7,176 nt of DNA from Escherichia coli (GTDB lineage Bacteria > Pseudomonadota > Gammaproteobacteria > Enterobacterales > Enterobacteriaceae). Location of the stretch: NCBI RefSeq assembly GCF_965641715.1, contig NZ_OZ282458.1. One strand, given 5' to 3'. The translations under genes were made by a program, and so were the position numbers. How positions within the stretch are numbered: position 1 is the stretch's first letter; each line of letters opens with the position of its first letter. The notes beneath the pieces are model-generated. The model was not told the DNA's origin. It saw only the letters and a program-made list of their open reading frames with translations, and searched no databases. Below are positions 1-5,826 of this stretch, piece after piece.

Positions 1-285
1 TTACTTGAACGCTGTGAGGGTAAACAACTGGCGGTATGGATGCGGCGGGTCTGCCTGGGGGAGCCGGTTGCCCGTTCCGGGAAGCTGCCGACACTGGCAC
101 CGCCGTTACTGCGTCAGCTGGCCGCCATCGGGAATAACCTGAATCAGACGGCGAGGAAGGTGAACAGCGAGCAGTGGTCTTCCGGTGACCGGGTTCAGGT
201 GGTGGCCGCACTGATGGCCATCGAGAGAGAGTTGCGCAGCTTACGGCAGGTCGTCAGGGAACATGGAGCGCGGGATGATAGTTAA
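1..285 (+). CDS. mbeC: MobC/MbeC mobilization accessory protein, 5'-truncated by the window edge. The frame is open from position 1 and the C-terminal 81+ aa are present.
   Basis: Frame 1 is open from base 1 (LLERCEGKQLAVW...) into the listed ORF 40..285. The motif LLRQLAAIGNNLNQ is typical of the MobC/MbeC family of ColE1-type plasmids. It sits immediately upstream of, and overlaps, the relaxase gene, as in ColE1. Confidence 0.8.
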   Translation, partial: LLERCEGKQLAVWMRRVCLGEPVARSGKLPTLAPPLLRQLAAIGNNLNQTARKVNSEQWSSGDRVQVVAALMAIERELRSLRQVVREHGARDDS

Positions 286-1828
286 GTTTCATGCCAGGGG
301 AAAAGGCGGTGGCAGTGGTCCGGTTGATTACCTGCTGGGAAGGGAGCGTAACCGGGAAGGGGCAACGGTGCTTCAGGGTGATCCGGAAGAAGTCCGGGAA
401 CTCATCGATGCCACGCCATTTGCGAAGAAATACACGTCAGGTGTTCTGTCGTTCGCGGAGAAGGAGCTGCCGCCGGGAGGACGTGAAAAGGTGATGGCGA
501 GCTTTGAGCGTGTACTGATGCCCGGTCTCGAAAAGAATCAGTACAGCATCCTGTGGGTAGAGCACCAGGACAAGGGACGGCTTGAGCTGAATTTTGTCAT
601 TCCGAACATGGAGCTACAGACCGGAAAACGCCTCCAGCCGTACTACGACCGGGCAGACAGGCCGAGAATTGATGCCTGGCAGACGCTGGTGAATCACCAT
701 TACGGGCTGCATGACCCCAACGCCCCGGAGAACCGCCGGACGCTGACCCTTCCTGATAACCTGCCGGAAACGAAACAGGCGCTTGCAGAGAGCGTCACAC
801 GCGGGATAGACGCTCTTTATCATGTCGGGGAGATAAAAGGCCGTCAGGATGTGATTCAGGCGCTCACAGAGGCAGGGCTTGAAGTGGTCAGGGTGACGCG
901 AAGCAGTATCAGCATTGCAGACCCGAACGGTGGGAAGAATATCAGGCTGAAAGGAGCATTTTATGAGCAATCTTTTACAGACGGGCGCGGAGTTCGAGAA
1001 AAAGCTGAAAGAGAGAGCCGAATCTACAGAGACAATGCTGAACGACGAGTTCAGCAAGCTCGAAAAATCTGTAAGCAAGGCTGTGACATCAAACGAGACG
1101 AAAATCAAAGACGCTATAGCCCTGTTCACAGCTTCGACAGAGGAATCACTGAAAAAACACCGGGAAGGGGTGAAAGAGGCGATGATGCAGCACAGGAAGG
1201 ACGTGTTAAAGCTGGCAGGGAATACGGGCATGATGTTACTGGGGATGGTCATTTTCCTGTTTACCGTGAGTGGCGGGACGCTCTGGTATCTTGGCGGGAT
1301 GATACAGGCGAACCTGGAAGAAATCAGGATACAGGAAGAAACATTGCAGAAACTGAACGCGAAGACATGGGGCGTGGAGTTTGTGCAGGACGGGAGAAGG
1401 AAATTTCTGGTCATCCCGCAGGGGAAATCGGCAACGGTGATTCCCTATCAGGGGAAGGACTGGGTACAACTGACGGAGTGACACAGAGTGACGGAGCTGG
1501 AAAGACATTTGCTGAACGCCTTAGAGCAACTGCAACAGGACTATATGCAGCGGCTGAACGAATGGGAGAGCGCCTTCGTGGAATTGCAGAAAATGTTTTC
1601 GCTTACGCAACAGGACAACGCGATGCTGAACGAGCAGGTCATGCAGTTGAGTCAGCAGGTGCAGCACTTGAGCGAGCGGACAGAACGCTTGAGCCAGTTA
1701 TACAGCGAGAACAGGAGATAAGGGACGAACGGCTGATACAGGAGCGCGAACATGAGTTATCCCTGGAGCGTGAGCGCCAGCTGGAAATACAGGAACGGAC
1801 ACTGGATGGCCCTTCGCTGGGATGGTAA
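275..1828 (+). CDS. mbeA: MbeA/MobA relaxase (ColE1 MOB-P5/HEN family). The start is ATG 275 (MIVKFHARG...) or possibly the upstream ATG at 263.
   Basis: 521/517-aa ORF. The N-terminus MIVKFHARGKGGGSGPVDYLLGRERNREGATVLQG matches what I recall of the ColE1 MbeA N-terminus. It has an HHYGLHDP histidine motif and a charged repetitive C-terminal half. mbeB and mbeD are nested in an alternative frame, as in ColE1. Confidence 0.9.
   Translation: MIVKFHARGKGGGSGPVDYLLGRERNREGATVLQGDPEEVRELIDATPFAKKYTSGVLSFAEKELPPGGREKVMASFERVLMPGLEKNQYSILWVEHQDKGRLELNFVIPNMELQTGKRLQPYYDRADRPRIDAWQTLVNHHYGLHDPNAPENRRTLTLPDNLPETKQALAESVTRGIDALYHVGEIKGRQDVIQALTEAGLEVVRVTRSSISIADPNGGKNIRLKGAFYEQSFTDGRGVREKAERESRIYRDNAERRVQQARKICKQGCDIKRDENQRRYSPVHSFDRGITEKTPGRGERGDDAAQEGRVKAGREYGHDVTGDGHFPVYREWRDALVSWRDDTGEPGRNQDTGRNIAETEREDMGRGVCAGREKEISGHPAGEIGNGDSLSGEGLGTTDGVTQSDGAGKTFAERLRATATGLYAAAERMGERLRGIAENVFAYATGQRDAERAGHAVESAGAALERADRTLEPVIQREQEIRDERLIQEREHELSLERERQLEIQERTLDGPSLGW
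963..1481 (+). CDS. mbeB: MbeB/MobB mobilization protein, nested within mbeA in a different frame.
   Basis: 172-aa ORF entirely inside mbeA in another frame, the classic ColE1 arrangement. It has a coiled-coil-like N-terminus, a central hydrophobic segment (MMLLGMVIFLFTVSGGTLWYLGG), and an RBS-like GGAG upstream. Confidence 0.75.
   Translation: MSNLLQTGAEFEKKLKERAESTETMLNDEFSKLEKSVSKAVTSNETKIKDAIALFTASTEESLKKHREGVKEAMMQHRKDVLKLAGNTGMMLLGMVIFLFTVSGGTLWYLGGMIQANLEEIRIQEETLQKLNAKTWGVEFVQDGRRKFLVIPQGKSATVIPYQGKDWVQLTE
1488..1721 (+). CDS. mbeD: MbeD/MobD mobilization protein (GTG start), nested in the mbeA 3' region.
   Basis: 77-aa ORF starting GTG 1488 immediately after the mbeB stop, inside mbeA in an alternate frame. 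The Q/L-rich coiled-coil sequence and the position match ColE1 mbeD. Confidence 0.7.
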   Translation: MTELERHLLNALEQLQQDYMQRLNEWESAFVELQKMFSLTQQDNAMLNEQVMQLSQQVQHLSERTERLSQLYSENRR

Positions 1829-1949
1829 TCAGAGACAGGCTAAAATGTTGTCAGCGCGTTTCCGGTGCATTTTTTGGGATAATGGTTGGTTCGGGGGCAC
1901 CGGGAACGCGCTTCAGTCAGACCTTGCTGAAAACACAGGAACGCGTTAA
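1752..1949 (+). CDS. mbeE: MbeE-like small ORF overlapping the end of mbeA.
   Basis: 65-aa ORF beginning within the last 80 nt of mbeA. The position corresponds to the computationally defined mbeE of ColE1. There is no independent functional signature. Confidence 0.4.
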   Translation: MSYPWSVSASWKYRNGHWMALRWDGNQRQAKMLSARFRCIFWDNGWFGGTGNALQSDLAENTGTR

Positions 1950-2028
1950 AACGCATACGGGCGCGATTCTGGTGTGTCTTTTGTTGCTGTGTTTTGCCTC
2001 TATTGCCAGATCGCGCTCATTCCCCTGA
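1822..2028 (+). CDS. Hypothetical small protein with a hydrophobic C-terminal segment. Its ATG overlaps the mbeA stop (gATGGTAAtc).
   Basis: The start ATG 1822-1824 overlaps TGG-TAA, the last codon and stop of mbeA, giving a coupling-type overlap. The C-terminus AILVCLLLLCFASIA looks like a membrane helix. It competes with mbeE for the same DNA, so at most one of the two is likely real. Confidence 0.2.
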   Translation: MVIRDRLKCCQRVSGAFFGIMVGSGAPGTRFSQTLLKTQERVKTHTGAILVCLLLLCFASIARSRSFP

Positions 2029-2089
2029 ACTTCTGTTTTCCCGCTCCGGTCCCCGTCTTCTTCGCTTCCGAAAGCATGAAAAAAATCCG

Positions 2090-2280
2090 TTTCAGCAGTC
2101 TCTGGCTGGCAATTCCTGCGTGATTCACATGGCTGCATAGCTATGCATGTGGTTAAAATTTACCGGGTGCGATCGCGGCAGTTTTTCGGGTGGTTTGTTG
2201 CCATTTTTACCTGTCTGCTGCCGTGATCGCACCGAACGCGTTTCTGCGGTGCGGGCAACGGATGTTATGGTAAATACAAT
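2090..2280. other. cer: cer-like plasmid multimer resolution site (XerC/XerD core plus upstream accessory region with an ARG-box-like palindrome).
   Basis: The XerC-type arm GGTGCGGGCAA is at 2248-2258. A 6-bp central region CGGATG is at 2259-2264. The XerD arm TTATGGTAAAT at 2265-2275 is identical to the cer XerD arm. Upstream, GCCATTTTTACC...GCTGCCGTGATCGC..GAACGCGTTT resembles the cer accessory sequence. The palindrome TGCATAGCTATGCA at 2134-2147 lies about 107 bp upstream, where an ArgR box is expected. Confidence 0.75.
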
Positions 2281-2300
2281 ATGCAGCCAGTCTTAGAGAC

Positions 2301-2329
2301 GAAAAGTCCGCCCAGAAGACTGACTTTTC
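2301..2329 (-). terminator. Possible transcription terminator hairpin downstream of the 68-aa gene (8-bp stem GAAAAGTC/GACTTTTC, 13-nt loop, weak U tail).
   Basis: There is a perfect 8-bp inverted repeat at 2301-2308 and 2322-2329, 4 nt after the stop at 2333-2335 on the minus strand. The trailing sequence is only moderately U-rich. Confidence 0.3.
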
Positions 2330-2332
2330 AGA

Positions 2333-2539
2333 TCAACCTTCAGCATCTAACTTGTCTATCGCTTTTTTATTGCGCCGATAGGTAGCCATTAGTTCACCAT
2401 CGCCTGATTGTAAGTCACGACCTGCTTGCTCAGCATAGGTATCGTTTACAGTCTTAGCGCCTTTTTTATAGGCCTTTTTAACATCATCAAATCCGGCTTG
2501 GATGACTTCTTTCGGCTTTTCTTGAGGTAATTTAGCCAT
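2333..2539 (-). CDS. Hypothetical small basic protein (68 aa), the second gene of a coupled two-gene operon.
   Basis: Its ATG (rc of 2537-2539) lies inside the overlap ATGGCTAA with the stop of the upstream 127-aa gene, which implies translational coupling. It is Lys-rich and hydrophilic. I recognise no family by eye. Confidence 0.5.
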   Translation of the reverse strand: MAKLPQEKPKEVIQAGFDDVKKAYKKGAKTVNDTYAEQAGRDLQSGDGELMATYRRNKKAIDKLDAEG

Positions 2540-2915
2540 GCTGTGAATCCTCTATAAGGTTGATTATTTTTCCAACAGATAAGACGGCATCTTCTGTGTC
2601 GCTGATTTTATGATTTATCCAACCGTCCTCTATCTTTAATTTGTTCACTACTCCTAATGTAAAAACAACCTTTTTTTCAGGAAAGAAAATTGCAAAGGTT
2701 CTACTTTTCTCTTTCCAATCAGAGGGCGGCGTCGAACGGAACGCTACATTCCTCGATTTAAGTATCGCTTTGATTTTACTAATTAATTCTTTTTTTTGTT
2801 TATTGCTGAGATTTTTGACGAACCCTTTGCTGAGATTGTCTGTGTAATCATCAAAAGAAATATCAACTGGTTTGTTTTTTTGTTTTTTATCAGATAGATG
2901 AACAATGTTTGACAC
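2532..2915 (-). CDS. Hypothetical Lys-rich protein (127 aa), GTG start, AT-rich foreign gene.
   Basis: GTG start at 2913-2915 (rc), preceded by AGGA 6 nt upstream. An in-frame stop lies 10 codons upstream, so no longer ORF is possible. The protein has no internal Met. Its stop overlaps the start of the 68-aa gene. Codon usage is about 30% GC, unlike the plasmid backbone. Confidence 0.5.
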   Translation of the reverse strand: MSNIVHLSDKKQKNKPVDISFDDYTDNLSKGFVKNLSNKQKKELISKIKAILKSRNVAFRSTPPSDWKEKSRTFAIFFPEKKVVFTLGVVNKLKIEDGWINHKISDTEDAVLSVGKIINLIEDSQHG

Positions 2916-3059
2916 TGGATATCCTGCTTTTTGATGAATGAATACTCAGAAGAGTAGCGGAACTGTCTTGTTAGTCACAGAGGTAGAGTATCAATTCTAC
3001 GATAGATGGGTTCGAAGATCCGGCTGAGACCGTTCAGTACGCGGTCGAGATGTTATGTT

Positions 3060-3097
3060 GGGGTCTGAAGTCCAATGGAACGAAAACGTACGTTAGT
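3060..3097 (+). mobile_element. Solo 38-bp terminal inverted repeat of a Tn3-family transposon (gamma-delta/Tn1000-like). The GGGG outer end is at 3060 and the element interior points rightward.
   Basis: GGGGTCTGAAGTCCAATGGAACGAAAACGTACGTTAGT matches the Tn3 IR GGGGTCTGACGCTCAGTGGAACGAAAACTCACGTTAAG at 30 of 38 positions. Its core CCAATGGAACGAAAACGTACGTTA matches the gamma-delta IR as I recall it. I found no inverted partner copy anywhere in the window. Confidence 0.7.
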
Positions 3098-3519
3098 GAA
3101 GTAACTGTATGATATATCAAGACATAATAGACATAGAAAAACGCCATCAAAACGGTGTCTTTTTAATCGAAAATTGGCACTTAACGGACGGCATTGTCTA
3201 CTAATCGATTTTTAAGACGATAATTTTCCTCTTACCGTACATTTTCGTACGGTTGGCCCTCAAACCCCATGTTCAATGTAATGACCGTCGAAATTGCCTT
3301 TACGGGCATGAAGCAACCAGGAGCAATCATTGGCAAAGGTAACTAGAGTTCAATGCATGGTAATCATTTTTGAGCTTGTGATGCATAGAGTTGGTTGCTG
3401 TTCCATTGCGTCTCAAACTCCGTCAAGATGCTCGCCGTAAAAGCGAGCATGTCTAGTATGCCTGTTCCGCTACTGATTTTTGATGGGCGAATTCAGGGCT
3501 GGCTAGCCACCAAGAAAAA

Positions 3520-4581
3520 TTACTTTATTTCATCAAACAGGTGAGATGCAGTATAATAAACGCTTTGATCAAAGCGTCTCTCTGGGCTTAATTTATTTTG
3601 CCCGCCATTTAAAATTATTTCTTTTAATACTGATGGTGGAAGGATGGGTTTTGTTCTTCTTGGGTGATCCATATAAGCTTTTGTTATTTTTCCGTTTAGC
3701 GAGAACTCTTTATCACTTTGATATCCAAAGTTCATCTCAGTATAAATTCTATTGATGTTTGTCTTGTTTTTGCTCGCAATTTCATACACCATTCTGGCGA
3801 GTCTGGCTGATGATCTCATTAGTCTGCTGGCAGATGAATTGTTATATGAGGATCTATCAATAAAGGTTCGACACAAAGCAAAATCACTCCAGATGAATAT
3901 GTCAAAGGCATTTTGATCTAATATTGGGCTCTTGCCTTTTGTTTTCCATAATGGTTGCATTAAAAAAGGTTTCTGGTAATCAAGAAAATTTTCTTGGAAA
4001 GTGTTTAGGCAATTTAATATATTTTCTTTCTTTGAAAGAACTTCAGTTTCATTCCCCCAGTGCTGTATGCTTTCGCATGTGGATTCAAATATTTTTCTTA
4101 TTTCATGGAATTTATCGCTGCAAGAGTGCATTATGCCAAGGGCACAATAAGAAGTGCTTGCAGGTCTTATTACAATCTCTGAACTCCATTCGCTCTCGTT
4201 TTCTTTATATGTCGTGCTATCTGGGAGTACGGTTAATTTTATTTCTAGTGCTTTTAAAAAACTATTGTTTCCTTTTATAACTAGATCTATTCCTTTTATG
4301 TCATCATAAGCATACTGTTGGTATGGTTCATATTTTTTCTCAAATTGAAATTCAAGATCACTATTTTTTAATGTTGTGTTAAAAACGAAGTCAAAAGATA
4401 CTTCTTTGGCATGCACTTTTAAATCCTTATCTAAATAAAGATAAATCGGATTCATTTTGTTGTCTCTCATATAACATGCTAGAGAGGTGGGAAAAGAACT
4501 GTTAAATTGGTTCTTTCCCCACAGATCGCTCTCTTTCCTGTTGGTGTTTTTTAAACCATAAAGAGATTCTATTTTGCTCAC
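3520..4581 (-). CDS. Candidate Type II restriction endonuclease (353 aa) with a PD-(D/E)xK-like motif, divergent from the C5-MTase gene. GTG start with a strong AGGAG RBS.
   Basis: The ORF has low GC like the MTase. It sits head-to-head with the MTase, 87 bp apart. GID(99)...LE(113)IK(115) fits D-x13-E-x-K. The GTG start is 6 nt after AGGAG, and an in-frame stop just upstream rules out a longer ORF. I cannot place it in a named REase family by eye. Confidence 0.55.
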   Translation of the reverse strand: MSKIESLYGLKNTNRKESDLWGKNQFNSSFPTSLACYMRDNKMNPIYLYLDKDLKVHAKEVSFDFVFNTTLKNSDLEFQFEKKYEPYQQYAYDDIKGIDLVIKGNNSFLKALEIKLTVLPDSTTYKENESEWSSEIVIRPASTSYCALGIMHSCSDKFHEIRKIFESTCESIQHWGNETEVLSKKENILNCLNTFQENFLDYQKPFLMQPLWKTKGKSPILDQNAFDIFIWSDFALCRTFIDRSSYNNSSASRLMRSSARLARMVYEIASKNKTNINRIYTEMNFGYQSDKEFSLNGKITKAYMDHPRRTKPILPPSVLKEIILNGGQNKLSPERRFDQSVYYTASHLFDEIK

Positions 4582-4592
4582 TTTTTGCTCCT

Positions 4593-4612
4593 GACGTCAA
4601 TTTATTGACGTC
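4593..4612. promoter_or_regulatory. Perfect 9-2-9 inverted repeat GACGTCAAT-TT-ATTGACGTC in the R/M divergent intergenic region. It is a candidate operator.
   Basis: It is exactly palindromic, checked base by base. It directly abuts the AGGAG RBS of the endonuclease gene at 4588-4592 (rc) and lies about 57 bp upstream of the MTase ATG. TTGACG within it is a -35-like hexamer. Confidence 0.4.
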
Positions 4613-4668
4613 TATGGTGTGTTTCTATATCATGATGTGGAGTGATATGATAATGAGTTTTTTATGTT

Positions 4669-5826
4669 ATGAGAATAATTGATCTTTTTAGTGGGTGTGG
4701 GGGGTTATCCCTAGGCTTTTTGAAGGGGGGGTTTGATGTTGTAGGTGCTTATGATTTCTGGGATCCTGCTATTGAATGTTACAGAGATAATTTTAGCCAT
4801 CCGATAAAAAAACTAGATTTGAGCAATGTTGATGATGTGGTGAGGGAGCTTAAAGATATAGACTTCGATATGATTATTGGAGGGCCTCCTTGCCAAGACT
4901 TCAGTCATGCAGGTTTAAGAATTGAAGGTGCTAGAGCTAACTTAACTCGCTCATTTTCAGAAATTATAAAAAGAATAAAGCCAAAGTGGTTTGTGATGGA
5001 AAATGTAGATCGGGCATTAAGAAGTGGTGCCTATTTAGAAGCTCGAGGAATCTTTAAAGAATCAGGGTATGGGTTAACAGAAATTGTTTTGGATGCCAGT
5101 AAGTGTGGTGTTCCGCAAAAAAGAAAAAGATTATTTGTAATTGGAAAGCTTGACGTGAGGGATGGTTTTATCCTTAACGAAGTGATGTGCGGGATATCGA
5201 AAGATAGTATGACAGTTAGAAATTATCTTGGTGATTCATTGGGGATTGAGTATTATTACAGACATCCGAGAAATTATAACAGAAGGGCTATTTTCTCTAT
5301 TGATGAACCTGCGCCAACAGTAAGAGGGGTTAATAGACCGATACCTGATGGATATTTAGGGCATGCAGGCGATCCTGTCAGTATTTCTGAGAATGTAAGG
5401 CCATTAACAACCTTTGAAAGAGCAAGATTGCAAACATTTCCTGAAGACTTTAAATTTAAAGGTGCAAAAACAAATTTGGAGCAAATGATAGGTAATGCTG
5501 TTCCGGTTGAGTTAGCAAAATATGTTGCGGTGACAATCATGGAGTATGAAAAAAAACAAGTAAAAGGTATTTATGATAAAGAAGGCTTTAGGGCGTGGTT
5601 GCTGAATGAAAAGAAACTAACAAAAAGAACCTCTAGCGATATTATATCTAGATGTTGCAGAGGTGTTTCATTTTTTGATTCAGAGGGGGTGGATTTTTAT
5701 AACTGTGAAATAGATGAAATTATTATGAAACTGGAAAGGCTTGAATCGTTTGTCAGGCTTGGGGTTAGCCTGAAGTCTCAGTTAAGAAGGGCTTTTAAAT
5801 TATATTACGAATATTGTCGAAGGTAA
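4669..5826 (+). CDS. DNA (cytosine-5)-methyltransferase, HaeIII-like short-TRD architecture plus a C-terminal extension of about 90 aa.
   Basis: Motif I is DLFSGCGGLSLGF. Motif IV is GGPPCQDFS. Motif VI is ENV. Motif VIII is QKRKRLFVIG. Motif IX is RPLTTFERARLQTFPEDF. Motif X is GNAVPVELAKYVA. They occur in canonical order. It is close to the M.HaeIII N-terminus as I recall it (FSGAGGLDLGFQKAGF / GGPPCQSWS). An additional 90 aa or so follow motif X. Confidence 0.92.
   Translation: MRIIDLFSGCGGLSLGFLKGGFDVVGAYDFWDPAIECYRDNFSHPIKKLDLSNVDDVVRELKDIDFDMIIGGPPCQDFSHAGLRIEGARANLTRSFSEIIKRIKPKWFVMENVDRALRSGAYLEARGIFKESGYGLTEIVLDASKCGVPQKRKRLFVIGKLDVRDGFILNEVMCGISKDSMTVRNYLGDSLGIEYYYRHPRNYNRRAIFSIDEPAPTVRGVNRPIPDGYLGHAGDPVSISENVRPLTTFERARLQTFPEDFKFKGAKTNLEQMIGNAVPVELAKYVAVTIMEYEKKQVKGIYDKEGFRAWLLNEKKLTKRTSSDIISRCCRGVSFFDSEGVDFYNCEIDEIIMKLERLESFVRLGVSLKSQLRRAFKLYYEYCRR

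Noticed and set aside
614-1414. 266-aa minus-strand ORF, plus the 291..494 (+) and 1236..1508 (-) ORFs, all inside mbeA.
   Set aside because: They are antisense or alternate-frame ORFs within a GC-rich, well-supported relaxase gene. They have no RBS context and carry Cys/Ser/Pro-rich junk composition, and they are typical spurious ORFs. The genuine nested genes mbeB and mbeD are in the + strand alternate frame.
1917-2138. A 73-aa minus-strand ORF between mbeE and cer.
   Set aside because: It lies antisense to the mbeE end and runs into the cer accessory sequences. It has no start context and an odd composition. It is most likely spurious.
2265-2282. A shared ggtaa..aaatac.aat motif at the left (cer XerD arm, 2269-2282) and right (5822-5838) junctions of the foreign module, suggesting Xer-mediated insertion.
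   Set aside because: The match needs two indels and is about 12 nt long, which is too short to distinguish from chance without related sequences.
3546-4280. Plus-strand ORFs 3546..3755 (69 aa) and 3924..4280 (118 aa) antisense to the endonuclease gene, and 5274..5540 (-) inside the MTase gene.
   Set aside because: They arise from AT-rich codon bias, which makes F/L/I-rich antisense frames stay open. They are fully contained in stronger, motif-supported genes.
4669-5826. Assigning GGCC (HaeIII) specificity to the MTase.
   Set aside because: The resemblance to M.HaeIII is in the conserved motifs and overall architecture. The TRD differs, so the target sequence cannot be inferred from the sequence alone.
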